A stretch of DNA of 64,000 nucleotides from an uncultured bacterium (lineage in GTDB: Bacteria; Patescibacteriota; Patescibacteriia; CAIQCM01): the NCBI GenBank assembly GCA_963708045.1, contig OY970181.1, forward strand, positions 3,740 to 67,739. Reading direction: 5' to 3'. The notes below the pieces were generated by a model, which searched no databases, was not told the origin of the DNA, and saw only the letters and a program-made list of their open reading frames with translations. How positions within the stretch are numbered: position 1 is the stretch's first letter; the number at the start of each line of letters is the position of its first letter. Position numbers and translations under genes: made by a program. Positions 28,808 through 38,598 of this stretch are shown in pieces.

Positions 28808-30886
28808 TTACTTTCTCTTCCCTTCAACAATCTGCGTCTCAACATTCTTTGGAACTTCGGCGTAGTGGGAGAATTCAATGGAGTAGCTGGCGCGGCCTTG
28901 GGTCATTGAACGCAAGGAGGTCGCGTAACCGAAGAGCTCGGAAAGTGGGACGTCGGCGTCAACGATCTTCATTCCGCTACGGTCACGCATTTCTTTAATC
29001 AGCGCGCGCTTGGAGTTAAGGTCGCCAATAACTTCACCCATATAGTTTTCCGGGGTAATAACTTCGGTCTTCATAATCGGTTCAAGAATCACAATGCCCG
29101 CCTTTTTTGCGGCATCCTGAACAGCCATAGAACCGGCAATTTTGAAAGCCATTTCGTTTGAGTCAACGTCGTGATACGAACCATCGGTCACGGTAACCTT
29201 GGTGTCAATCACGGGGTAACCGGCAAGAATACCGCGTTCAAGCGCTTCACCGGCGCCTTTTTCAATCGGCTTGATGAATTCTTTCGGAATAGATCCGCCA
29301 GTGGTTTCATCTTCAAACACATAACCAGAACCAACCACACCCGGTTCAACGTGCACATAGCAGTGACCATATTGACCGCGGCCGCCAGTTTGTTTGATGT
29401 ACTTACCTTCGCCATCGGCAGCTTTTTTAATGCGCTCTTTATAAGCAACCTGCGGCTGACCAACATTACATTCAACTTTAAATTCGCGCTTCATGCGGTC
29501 AACGATAATGTCTAGGTGCAATTCGCCCATGCCGGAAATAATAGTCTGCAAGGTTTCTTCGTCGCTTCTAACGCGGAAGGTCGGATCTTCCTCGGCGAGC
29601 TTGGAAAGGGCGATGCCCATTTTTTCTTGGTCAACTTTTGTTTTCGGTTCAATGGCGAGCGAAATAACCGGTTCAGGGAAGGTGAACTTTTCTAAGAGAA
29701 TCGGATTATTCTCGTCGCAAAGAGTGTGACCGGTATAAGTATTTTTCAAACCAACAGCGGCGGCAATGTCGCCCGAAAAAACTTCTTCAATATCTTCGCG
29801 TGTGTTGGCATGAAGTCGGACAATGCGACCAACGCGCTCGCGCTCGCCAGTTGCCGTGTTCAAGACATAAGAACCAGACTTAAGCATTCCGGAGTAGACG
29901 CGGAAAAAACAAAGTTTTCCAACGAAGGGATCGGCGGCGATCTTGAACATGATGGCCGTAAGCGGTTCGCTGTCGGTAAGTTTACGTTCAATTATTTTTT
30001 CGTGATCATCTGGGTCAGTTCCTTTAATAGAACCAATGTCGGCGGGTGATGGCAAATAGTCAACAATCGCGTCCAAGAGAAACTGCACGCCTTTGTTTTT
30101 AAGCGCCGAGCCGCAAAGCACGGGCACAAATTCAAATTTACACGTTCCTTTGCGGATCAACTTTTTCAATTCTTCTTCCGAAATTTCTTCGCCGGCCAAA
30201 AATTTATTCATTGCCGTTTCGTCCTGTTCAACAATTTTTTCAACCATCTTATTGCGCCATTCTTTGGCCAAATCAACCAAGTCGTCCGGAATTTCTTCTT
30301 CGCGAATATCCTTGCCCATTTCGTCGTAATAAACAAATGCCTTCATCTTGAGCAAGTCAACAATACCCTTAAACTTATCTTCCGTTCCAATCGGAAGCTG
30401 AAGTGGGAAAGCATTCTTGGTCAGACGATCGTGGATTGATTTAAGATCTTTATAAAAATCAGCACCGGTGCGGTCAAGCTTGTTAATAAAACAAACGCGC
30501 GGAACTTTATAGTCATCGGCATAGTGCCAGTTAGTTTCGGACTGCGGTTCTACGCCAGCAACGCCGTCAAAAATAACTGCCGCGCCGTCTAGCACACGGA
30601 GTGAGCGTTTCACTTCAACGGTAAAGTCAATGTGGCCGGGTGTATCAATCAGGTTAAGGCGGTGCCCTTTCCAAAAACAAGTGGTGGCGGCGGAAGTAAT
30701 CGTGATACCGCGTTCGCGCTCCTGTTCCATCCAGTCCATTGTTGTTTCACCTTCGTGCACCTCACCAATTTTGTGTTTCTTTCCTGTGTAATACAAAATG
30801 CGCTCGGAGCAAGTGGTTTTTCCGGCGTCAATGTGGGCAATAACTCCAAAGTTACGATATTTTTCAACTGGGTATTCGCGGGGCAT
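28808..30886 (-). CDS. fusA: Elongation factor G
   Basis: [17 protein letters not shown] and five-domain EF-G length (692 aa). Confidence 0.95.
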   Translation of the reverse strand: MPREYPVEKYRNFGVIAHIDAGKTTCSERILYYTGKKHKIGEVHEGETTMDWMEQERERGITITSAATTCFWKGHRLNLIDTPGHIDFTVEVKRSLRVLDGAAVIFDGVAGVEPQSETNWHYADDYKVPRVCFINKLDRTGADFYKDLKSIHDRLTKNAFPLQLPIGTEDKFKGIVDLLKMKAFVYYDEMGKDIREEEIPDDLVDLAKEWRNKMVEKIVEQDETAMNKFLAGEEISEEELKKLIRKGTCKFEFVPVLCGSALKNKGVQFLLDAIVDYLPSPADIGSIKGTDPDDHEKIIERKLTDSEPLTAIMFKIAADPFVGKLCFFRVYSGMLKSGSYVLNTATGERERVGRIVRLHANTREDIEEVFSGDIAAAVGLKNTYTGHTLCDENNPILLEKFTFPEPVISLAIEPKTKVDQEKMGIALSKLAEEDPTFRVRSDEETLQTIISGMGELHLDIIVDRMKREFKVECNVGQPQVAYKERIKKAADGEGKYIKQTGGRGQYGHCYVHVEPGVVGSGYVFEDETTGGSIPKEFIKPIEKGAGEALERGILAGYPVIDTKVTVTDGSYHDVDSNEMAFKIAGSMAVQDAAKKAGIVILEPIMKTEVITPENYMGEVIGDLNSKRALIKEMRDRSGMKIVDADVPLSELFGYATSLRSMTQGRASYSIEFSHYAEVPKNVETQIVEGKRK

Positions 30887-30979
30887 AAAAAAAATAGGGT
30901 TTAGGGTAGAGGGTTTAGGGTTTAGACGTTTTGCTAACCCCTATACCCTCTACCCTAACCCTGGATATTTATATTTTAT

Positions 30980-31450
30980 TTAAAATTTAGCAAAGTGGGC
31001 AAAGGCGCGGTTAGCGTCAGCCATACGATGAACATCGGCGCGCTTTTTAACGGCTGTGCCTTCGTTATTGGCGGCAGAAACCAATTCTTCGGCGATCTTT
31101 TGCGCCATTGGTTTTCCCTTGTGCGACTTAGCCGCTTCAATCATCCAACGGAAAGCAAGCGACAAACGGCGTTCGCCGCGAACTGGAATCGGGATCTGGT
31201 AGTTGGCGCCGCCGACACGACGAGACTTAACTTCAATCGTCGGGGAAACATTTTTAATAGCTTCTTCAAAAATTTCAACAGCTGGTTTGCCGGACTTTTC
31301 GGCCATAATATCAAAAGCGTCGTAAACAACGCGAGTTGCGACGGTTTTTTTGCCACCCTCCATTATGTAATTTATAAACTTTGACACCGTTTCGTTTGAA
31401 AACTTCGGGTCAGGTTGAATAACGCGTTTTGGAGCTTTTTTATGACGCAT
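30980..31450 (-). CDS. rpsG: 30S ribosomal protein S7
   Basis: S7 family (ANYQIPIPV, RLSLAFRW). Confidence 0.9.
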   Translation of the reverse strand: MRHKKAPKRVIQPDPKFSNETVSKFINYIMEGGKKTVATRVVYDAFDIMAEKSGKPAVEIFEEAIKNVSPTIEVKSRRVGGANYQIPIPVRGERRLSLAFRWMIEAAKSHKGKPMAQKIAEELVSAANNEGTAVKKRADVHRMADANRAFAHFAKF

Positions 31451-31461
31451 ATTTTATAAGA

Positions 31462-31881
31462 TTATCCTTTGGGGCGCTTAGCACCGTAAATTGAACGGCT
31501 GCGCTTGCGGTTGGCAACGCCTTGAGTATCGTAAATGCCACGAACAATGTGATAGCGAACACCAGGAAGATCTTTAACGCGGCCGCCGCGGATCATCACA
31601 ATGGAGTGCTCTTGAAGGTTGTGTCCTTCGCCAGGAATGTAAGCCGTAACTTCAACGCCGTTGCTCAAACGAACACGAGCAATTTTTCGGAGCGCTGAGT
31701 TTGGTTTTTTCGGCGTCGTTGTCGTTACCTTAACGCAAACGCCGCGCTTAAAAGACGCTCCCTTTTTAAGGTAGGTCTTGGTGCGAGCAATCGTGTTGTT
31801 CACAAATTGCAAAGCCGGAGTCTTTGACTTATGGGGTTCAATTTTTCGTCCTTTGCGGACAAGTTGGTTAATCGTTGGCAT
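31462..31881 (-). CDS. rpsL: 30S ribosomal protein S12
   Basis: [13 protein letters not shown]... and KKPNSALRK motif. Confidence 0.95.
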   Translation of the reverse strand: MPTINQLVRKGRKIEPHKSKTPALQFVNNTIARTKTYLKKGASFKRGVCVKVTTTTPKKPNSALRKIARVRLSNGVEVTAYIPGEGHNLQEHSIVMIRGGRVKDLPGVRYHIVRGIYDTQGVANRKRSRSIYGAKRPKG

Positions 31882-31920
31882 AGTTTAGAATAAAAATAAA
31901 CGACCGTTGCGTTTGAATGG

Positions 31921-31949
31921 AGATTATCATAGCCGCTTTTTCCCGTCAA
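31921..31949 (-). promoter_or_regulatory. Candidate promoter for the rpsL-rpsG-fusA operon
   Basis: On the minus strand: TTGACG, a 15-17 nt spacer, then GATAAT/TAATCT, about 40 nt upstream of the rpsL ATG. Confidence 0.35.
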
Positions 31950-32001
31950 TACCGCACTTATCTGAATTGGGCAATATGATTTTAAGCCAAAAAACTCTTG
32001 T

Positions 32002-34515
32002 TTATTTAACAATTATCACGCCAGACCCTTTTTCAAGTTTTTTAAAAAGCAAATACTTCTCTCCAACTTTGATCCTGACAAATTTATTGTTAATAATCTC
32101 GCTTTTAGGAATATTAATTACACCGCCATATTTTTCCTTCAGGGCGTTGCCTTGTGCGAGCATCTCCCGCTCTTCCTTTCTCACAGCACTATCAAGCGCG
32201 TTAAAATCTATTTCAAACTTTCGGCCACGAAGACCAAAGTGGTCAATGATATTGCGCTGACCTTTGAGTTTGGCTTCAGTCTTCTTAAATTTTAGACCGG
32301 CATAATCTTTAACATCGATCTTATCAAGGACACTCTCCGGTGAATTGTTAAAATCGGCGACTTTTTCCAGTGTTATTACGCGCGATCGATATTCGTCGCC
32401 CTCAGCAACCTCGCCGGAATATTCATCAACGATCTTGAAACCCAACCCCTCGGCGAATTCATGAAATTTTGAAACATCACGTAGATCGAGACTATAGATA
32501 AAACTTATCACCGCTCGACCTCCCGGCTTTAAAACGCGATTGGCTTCTTTAAGCACTTCAAGACGTTCAAGCTTGCCTCTGCTTGGAACAAAGCTTGAGT
32601 AATGCAACGCCAAGGCCAGATTAAGATAATCAAACGACTTGTCCGCGAAAGGCAGCTCGCGCCAGCTGGCAACCGCGCTCTGTACTACCTGCTCCTCTTT
32701 CGCCCTTAAATGATACTTATTCGCGTCAACGCTAATTACCCGTTTCTGCAAAGCATCGCCGATATGCTGACGCAACATTTCGGGGCCGGAAGCTACGTCA
32801 AGAATACGCGTTTCTTCGGGCTTACCGCCGCGCTCTTTTAACATTGAGCCGACTAGCGTACCAGCGACACGATTAGCGTTGGCCTGATAACTGCGATTTC
32901 CAAGATCAAGATAGCAGTCGGCATAGTCCTTGCCGTACTCTGACAAAAATTCTCTGAAGCCCTCTTCTCCAATCTCTTTCACGTGCGCAAAGATCCGCAT
33001 CAGTTTATCCCACGACGAGAAATAATACTCTGCTAACTCCCTGCCAACCTCTAAATCGGGATTAGCACTTTGTTCGTCTTCTCTTAAGAGTTGCTTTTCC
33101 AGTTCTTGAATAGGAATGCCGTGAAGTAATTTTTCAATTGCCTGGTATTTCCGTCCGATATACTCGTGGATCCCCTCTTCAAGGGTATTTTTAGTAACAA
33201 AGGTGCGAACGGCGAGGTCGTGCTTCAAGCCCGGTCGGTATACTCGCGACACTTGTTGACGACGATCATATTCCGTCCATGGCTCGTTGTATGTAAAGAC
33301 AGTTTCGGCGGAAGTAAAATCAACACCAACATCGGCTGTCTGGCCGCTCACGACCAAAAGCATCTTACCGGTCGTTTCCCTGAATTTTTTTTGAATTTCT
33401 TCACGTTCGCCGCGATTGCCGCCATGAACAACCATAACCTCGACATCTTGAGGCAGACCGAATTTTGTGATGATATTATCTTTCCCACGAATAACGCCTT
33501 CAATATAACCGTTCACGAATAAAACAGCTTTGTTGTTTTTTGCAAAGCATTCGCGTAAATCATTACCAACTCTTTCAATTTTCGCACTGCGAATTCCCGG
33601 CGTGGCGTCTAATAAGTCCGGGTTCATTAGGAACTGCCGCAACATGGACATTTTCTGTGCCGCCTCTAATTCATCGTCTTCAAGGAGAACTTCATATATA
33701 TCCGTTTCCATTGGTGACAACTCGGTTTCAACTTTCTCCTCACTTAACGCAGGCATCTCCACCCCCTCTTCCAATTTCTTCGCCTGCATACGCGGCAATA
33801 ACAATGACCGCAGATCAACAAGGTCGCCTTGGATTATTTGCCGAACCAGGTCACGATCGTCCCAAGTCGCGAATTTTTCTGGATAAAGTAATTTCAAAGA
33901 GATAGCGATATCTTCGACTTTATTTGGCGCTGGCGTACCGGAGAGCAAGGCTAAATACTTACCTTCGCCTTCAACTTTTTTAGACAGTTCAATCAACTCG
34001 TTTGTCCTTTGTCCTTCCAAATTTTTCAATTTATGAACCTCATCAACAACCAGCATGTCGTATTCCAATGATGCTAGCGCTTGGCTATACCGTTCATTCA
34101 TGCGCTCTTGAGACATAAGCACATAATCGTATTGATCAGCAGTTACTCCGACTAAATCCTCAACCGAAGATACCTCCAAAACTCTCGGTGCTTCGCCGCT
34201 CTTAAAATACCCGCCGTCTTCGCCGCGATCGGACAAATACCGCCTCCAGGTAGAAACAACGTTGCTTGGCGCAACAACCAAAGCACAACCGATGCCAAGC
34301 TGTTCTTTAGCCATGATAACGGAAGCACTTTTTCCAAGACCCATTTCATCGGCGATCAAAAGCCGCCTTTTTTCCGCCAACTCCTTCATATTGATGCGCT
34401 GATTGATATCGGGAAATTCCCTGTTCGGATCAAGCGAATTGAACGAACCGCTCGGGTTTACGGAAATCTTTAAGGACGGAATCGTAATAGCGAATAACGT
34501 CTTGAATAACATCAT
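32002..34515 (-). CDS. SNF2-family helicase fused to a C-terminal class I SAM-dependent methyltransferase domain
   Basis: Helicase motifs I (ADEMGLGKSA), II (DEVHKLKN) and III-VI regions, then a Methyltransf_11-like domain (ILDVASGPEML, VLKPGGRAVISF). 837 aa. ATGA overlap with the upstream repeat-protein gene. Confidence 0.75.
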   Translation of the reverse strand: MMLFKTLFAITIPSLKISVNPSGSFNSLDPNREFPDINQRINMKELAEKRRLLIADEMGLGKSASVIMAKEQLGIGCALVVAPSNVVSTWRRYLSDRGEDGGYFKSGEAPRVLEVSSVEDLVGVTADQYDYVLMSQERMNERYSQALASLEYDMLVVDEVHKLKNLEGQRTNELIELSKKVEGEGKYLALLSGTPAPNKVEDIAISLKLLYPEKFATWDDRDLVRQIIQGDLVDLRSLLLPRMQAKKLEEGVEMPALSEEKVETELSPMETDIYEVLLEDDELEAAQKMSMLRQFLMNPDLLDATPGIRSAKIERVGNDLRECFAKNNKAVLFVNGYIEGVIRGKDNIITKFGLPQDVEVMVVHGGNRGEREEIQKKFRETTGKMLLVVSGQTADVGVDFTSAETVFTYNEPWTEYDRRQQVSRVYRPGLKHDLAVRTFVTKNTLEEGIHEYIGRKYQAIEKLLHGIPIQELEKQLLREDEQSANPDLEVGRELAEYYFSSWDKLMRIFAHVKEIGEEGFREFLSEYGKDYADCYLDLGNRSYQANANRVAGTLVGSMLKERGGKPEETRILDVASGPEMLRQHIGDALQKRVISVDANKYHLRAKEEQVVQSAVASWRELPFADKSFDYLNLALALHYSSFVPSRGKLERLEVLKEANRVLKPGGRAVISFIYSLDLRDVSKFHEFAEGLGFKIVDEYSGEVAEGDEYRSRVITLEKVADFNNSPESVLDKIDVKDYAGLKFKKTEAKLKGQRNIIDHFGLRGRKFEIDFNALDSAVRKEEREMLAQGNALKEKYGGVINIPKSEIINNKFVRIKVGEKYLLFKKLEKGSGVIIVK

Positions 34516-36392
34516 CCAGGTCTTTGTTGTTTAGGTGATGAAATTTTTCGAACGATCTCATCCAGATAATCATAAATTATATCTTGACTCGTCCTATTTG
34601 GATCTTTGCGCCGTTGTTCAAAATAATAGCTCAAACAATGCTCCTTGAGCGCTTCAAACAATCCTTCGCGCAAAGACAGGTCGGAAAGATATTCAACAGC
34701 AACTCCGATATTATCTAAGGTAAATTTTTGCGACTTGACCAAAAAATCGCCGAGGTAATCTGCCAAAATTCCTTTGACATATTCCGGCGGTAAGCCTTTG
34801 TATTCGGGACGGAATTTATAGAGAATATCTAAGGCGTGTGAGCCGCCCAGTACACCGACGAGAACTTGAAATTTTTTTGAATCCACCGATTCACCAACCG
34901 AAAGATCAGAAACAAAAGATTCAATAGAAATACTCGCATTTTTCTTTTCACTTTTTTTATAACATTCATCTTTAATCAACTCTATCAATTCTGGACTCAA
35001 AAACTCTGTGACAAAGCCGTTCCTGCGAAATTTCTTATACCATTCCTGATGTGCGGACCGATACCTGTCAGCAATTTTTTTGATTGCATCCCTCTTGGCA
35101 AAACCGATTCTACTCAACTCGAAAATATTCATCCAATCGTCTGGTGCTACCTCAAACCGTCCGAGATCCGAACGAATCGCCTCAATCAAATCGGGATGAA
35201 AATATTCAACCTTTCCACCAGCGGCTGGCCAATACTTCCTGAACCATTCCGGATGGGCCGCGCGATATTTTTCAGCTGCTTTCCATATGGATCCACGCGA
35301 CCCAATACCGGTTTTGCTTAAAGCAAATACATGCATCCACCCCTCCGGCGGCCTCTCCTTCCCCTCCAATTCATCACTGATAATTTTAACTAAATCTGGG
35401 TGAAAATATTCCAATTCAGGACTGCCAGGTGCCCAATATTTCTTGAGCCATTCCGGATTAGACACACGATACCTTTCTGCTATTGGCGTAATCACATTCT
35501 GCCCGCCGACACCAGTCTTTACGACGTCAAAAACCGTTTTCCACCCTGTGGGCGGTTTTTTCCTGCTTCGTAGTATCGCAATAATTATAGCGACTAATTC
35601 AGGGTGAAAATGTTCAATTTTTAATCCTGTTACGGTCTTGTATTCCTTGAACCATTCCGGATGACTTGTCCTATATGGCCCAACGATCCTATTTATTATT
35701 TTGTCGCCCCCTGTTTCTAAAACACTAATTTGACTCCTATTCATCCAGCCATCGGGTGCAAATTCGAATTTATTTAACTCTTGCCTAATGATTTCGACCA
35801 GATTCGGGTGCAAATATTCGCCGCTCGGGCCCTTTATAGGCCAAAACTCCTTGAACCATTCCGGATGCTCTGCACGATGCTGTTCGGCGTGTTTATTAAT
35901 CGTATCCCTGGATCCAATGCCAGTTTTACTTAAAGCAAATGCATTCATCCATCCCTCCGGTGCCCTTTCCCGTCCCTCTAACTCAGAACGAATTATCGCT
36001 ATCAGATCGGGGTGTAGATATTCGGTAGCAGAACCGGTTTCGGGATAAAAAAATTTAAACCATTCAGGGTGATCGTCCCGATATCTCGCCGCGATACTGT
36101 CAATCGTATCCCTGGATCCAATGCCAGTTTTACTTAAAGCAAATGCATTCATCCATCCCTCCGGTGCCCTTTCCCGTCCCTCTAACTCAGAACGAATTAT
36201 CGCTATCAGATCGGGGTGTAGATATTCCAAAAACCTACCTTCCTCGGTCCGAAAAAGCTTTAACCATTCTGGATGCTCTTTTTTGTATTTTTCAGCTATG
36301 TGCCTAATAACATAATCCTCTACTTTCAAGAGGCTCACCAGATCAATAAGTTTAACCCAGTCTTTGGGAACCTTGTTTGTTTCGAAAATCAT
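34512..36392 (-). CDS. Tandem-repeat protein (about seven 63-aa repeats with HPEWF...EYLHPDLIAIIRSELEGRERAPEGWMN consensus)
   Basis: Protein-level periodicity and a 189-bp DNA periodicity including two identical copies. Probably the downstream part of a longer gene interrupted by a frameshift near 36352-36392. Confidence 0.6.
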   Translation of the reverse strand: MIFETNKVPKDWVKLIDLVSLLKVEDYVIRHIAEKYKKEHPEWLKLFRTEEGRFLEYLHPDLIAIIRSELEGRERAPEGWMNAFALSKTGIGSRDTIDSIAARYRDDHPEWFKFFYPETGSATEYLHPDLIAIIRSELEGRERAPEGWMNAFALSKTGIGSRDTINKHAEQHRAEHPEWFKEFWPIKGPSGEYLHPNLVEIIRQELNKFEFAPDGWMNRSQISVLETGGDKIINRIVGPYRTSHPEWFKEYKTVTGLKIEHFHPELVAIIIAILRSRKKPPTGWKTVFDVVKTGVGGQNVITPIAERYRVSNPEWLKKYWAPGSPELEYFHPDLVKIISDELEGKERPPEGWMHVFALSKTGIGSRGSIWKAAEKYRAAHPEWFRKYWPAAGGKVEYFHPDLIEAIRSDLGRFEVAPDDWMNIFELSRIGFAKRDAIKKIADRYRSAHQEWYKKFRRNGFVTEFLSPELIELIKDECYKKSEKKNASISIESFVSDLSVGESVDSKKFQVLVGVLGGSHALDILYKFRPEYKGLPPEYVKGILADYLGDFLVKSQKFTLDNIGVAVEYLSDLSLREGLFEALKEHCLSYYFEQRRKDPNRTSQDIIYDYLDEIVRKISSPKQQRPG

Positions 36393-36480
36393 TTTTAATC
36401 AATAAAACCAGTTCAGGACTATACTCAATTCTAATCCCCCGCCCTGTTTCAATTTTACGGAACCATTCCGGATGTCCAGC
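34990..36480. repeat. 189-bp-period coding tandem repeat array; two adjacent copies share an identical ~120-bp block
   Basis: The block TCCCTGGATCCAATGCCAGTTTTACTTAAAGCAAATGCATTCATCC...GGGGTGTAGATATTC occurs at ~35909 and ~36098, offset by 189 bp. Older copies are diverged. Confidence 0.8.
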
Positions 36481-36711
36481 TCCGAGTTTATTGGCCAATT
36501 TTCCGATCGTGTAGAAATCAGAATTAAAAAACAGAGAGAGATGATAGGTCGTTTCCCATTTTTCGTTTTCACCAACTTCAACATTATTTTCTGTATTTGA
36601 AAAACCTGATTTGCCGATCTTAAAAACCGATTCATCACTCTTTTGTGGCTGCCCCGTATCGGATCCGTCGTTTTCCACGTCCGGCCGCCATTTTCCCTCA
36701 CCTTCAGACAT
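36352..36711 (-). CDS. N-terminal fragment of the same tandem-repeat protein (contains one HPEWF repeat), out of frame with 34512..36392
   Basis: Ends ...LIKNDFRNKQG while the next ORF begins ...NKVPKDWVKL. Together these restore one repeat unit across a +/-1 shift. Confidence 0.5.
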   Translation of the reverse strand: MSEGEGKWRPDVENDGSDTGQPQKSDESVFKIGKSGFSNTENNVEVGENEKWETTYHLSLFFNSDFYTIGKLANKLGAGHPEWFRKIETGRGIRIEYSPELVLLIKNDFRNKQGSQRLG

Positions 36712-36869
36712 AAAAAATATCTCATTCTTTAAGGTATATTTTTATCACGAAACCCAAAAAAACACTAGCGATTACATAAAATTTTTCCTTGCGAAGATTT
36801 GCCGGACCAGATAATCGTCAATATTTTTGTTTCTAAACCGAGCCTGGTTTTTGCCAAACAAAATTAAAT

Positions 36870-37500
36870 GAAAACCGCCAGCTAAACGCTGGCGGTTTCG
36901 TGCTTACCGGCTTAACGCCGGATTTTACTGAAGAGGCTTGGTTGCTCAAGTGTTATTTGGTGATGACTTTGATTCTGAACATATTTTTTAACCGCCTCCT
37001 CATTCACCCCAACGGTGGATACGAAGTAGCCTCTGGCCCAAAGAACACCTTTGGGAAACTTTTTGGTTTTCTTTTTTATCCAACCTGATGTTTTCGCTTT
37101 CAGAATTTGGATGACATACGCGATGGAGTATTTGGGCGGGATGCCGATGTGGAGATGGATGTGCTCATCACCAATGTGCCAAGCATAGATCTTCAAGCCT
37201 TTCCATTGGGCTATTTGGTTGAACATTCGCTTCAGCTCTTGTTTAATGAAGTTGTCCGCCAATACCTTGCCACGGTACTTTGGAGCCCAGACTATATGAT
37301 AGCTGCAGTGATATGTGCAGTGATCTAATTGGCATAGTTGATGGTTTCTGGACATAAAATCACCTCCTTTCTCGGGAGGTTATTTTATCTTATGGACAAG
37401 AGCTACGCTTTTAAACGCACTCGCCAGCTAAACGCTGGCGGTTTATCGTTTATAATGAAAAACCCCACGACTCTCTCCGCAGAGAGTCGTGGGGTTGTTG
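36870..37500 (-). mobile_element. IS200/IS605-family insertion sequence (tnpA only)
   Basis: Y1 HUH transposase ORF flanked by the same hairpin CGCCAGCTAAACGCTGGCGGTTT at ~36876-36898 and ~37422-37444. A strong hairpin (CCCCACGACTCTCTCCGCAGAGAGTCGTGGGG) at 37458-37497 forms the distal end. Confidence 0.7.
36912..37355 (-). CDS. tnpA: IS200/IS605 family transposase TnpA (Y1 HUH)
   Basis: YHIVWAPKYR, HUH motif HIHLHIGIP, and catalytic Tyr region RGYFVSTVG. Confidence 0.8.
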   Translation of the reverse strand: MSRNHQLCQLDHCTYHCSYHIVWAPKYRGKVLADNFIKQELKRMFNQIAQWKGLKIYAWHIGDEHIHLHIGIPPKYSIAYVIQILKAKTSGWIKKKTKKFPKGVLWARGYFVSTVGVNEEAVKKYVQNQSHHQITLEQPSLFSKIRR

Positions 37501-37509
37501 CGATCTTGG

Positions 37510-38598
37510 CTAGGCTATTTTTGATTTTTTCTTAAGCCCAATACACGCACGCTCGGCGTCGGCGAGACGATAGTAAAACTGCGATCTTCCTCCTTTTTCT
37601 TTTGCTCTAAACGGAACAAGGTTATGTTTATTAGCCCTGAACCGTAGCGTTATATAGCAAACACCCATTTTCCGTGAAAGAGCTTTCAACGTACCTACAA
37701 CTTCATCCTGAAAAGTGAAACAGCCGTCTTTGTCAGCTAAGTCAGTAAGCGCTATTTCCAGAACAGGAGTTGCGGCGTTTTGATTTCTCTTTCTTGACCC
37801 CACCAGATCCAAAGATGTATCAACCTCTTCCTTATCACTGTCGTCATCCCGCTCTTCGTCATCATCCACCGTTGTTTCAGTGGCCGAAAGACTTGATTTC
37901 ACTTCGGGAACAACAGCAATCATTTCCCAAGGCTCCCTCCCAACAATCAACCCCTGTTGTCTAAGCTCGTTCAAAATTACCCTACCATCCGAATGAGCAA
38001 GTCTCGCACGCGCGGAAAGAACTGTGAGTGGTGCACTAATACTTCTAAGTCTGTTCGGTAAAACAACAACATGCTCACAGAGTAGTGCAAACGACTGTTC
38101 AACGGACAACGGCTTGGGTTTGATTTCATCTTCCGGTGAAGCCGAGTGTCTCCACTTGCCTTGGTCAGGATCGATTTTCAACTGTCTGCTCCCCGCCTTT
38201 CGCATTCGCGAAGATAGCCTTTCAAGCGCAGTACCAACACTCTCAGCCGTTCTGTTTGTCTTTCTAACCGATCGTTCGTCCGGTGAACACTTGCCACACA
38301 GACACCCTTTGGTGTCTGTTATATGACCAACAACGGAGCATTTTTTACAGCGACGGGTCGCGGCGCAACAACCTGAGCATGCCCGCGGCCTCTGTTCTTT
38401 TTCGCAATCGTTAACTCCGATTAAAGCTCCCGCCAATAAACAATAGACCGTGACCAGTTCTTGATTTCCTTCCACAGGAGCCTCCTTTCTTTGGTTTGAA
38501 GTTGAACCCGGGCGCAATCGTTCTGCGCCCAGGCAAATAGGATCAACGTGCGTAAACAGACGCAACAACTTTCCCAAGACGATCAATCCTATCAACAA
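37510..38598 (-). CDS. Cys-rich hypothetical protein immediately downstream of a sigma factor (candidate anti-sigma/zinc-binding regulator)
   Basis: Long ORF with a CSGCCAATRRCKKC...GCLCGKC cluster and an acidic stretch. The true start is probably internal, because the first 56 nt overlap the sigma gene. Confidence 0.3.
   Translation of the reverse strand: MLIGLIVLGKLLRLFTHVDPICLGAERLRPGSTSNQRKEAPVEGNQELVTVYCLLAGALIGVNDCEKEQRPRACSGCCAATRRCKKCSVVGHITDTKGCLCGKCSPDERSVRKTNRTAESVGTALERLSSRMRKAGSRQLKIDPDQGKWRHSASPEDEIKPKPLSVEQSFALLCEHVVVLPNRLRSISAPLTVLSARARLAHSDGRVILNELRQQGLIVGREPWEMIAVVPEVKSSLSATETTVDDDEERDDDSDKEEVDTSLDLVGSRKRNQNAATPVLEIALTDLADKDGCFTFQDEVVGTLKALSRKMGVCYITLRFRANKHNLVPFRAKEKGGRSQFYYRLADAERACIGLKKKSKIA

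Noticed and set aside
30893-30965. True telomere or CRISPR-like array from TTTAGGG repeats
   Set aside because: Only 3-4 imperfect heptamers, arranged as an inverted repeat between two genes and with no spacers. This is consistent with a terminator-type hairpin and not with a CRISPR or a telomere.
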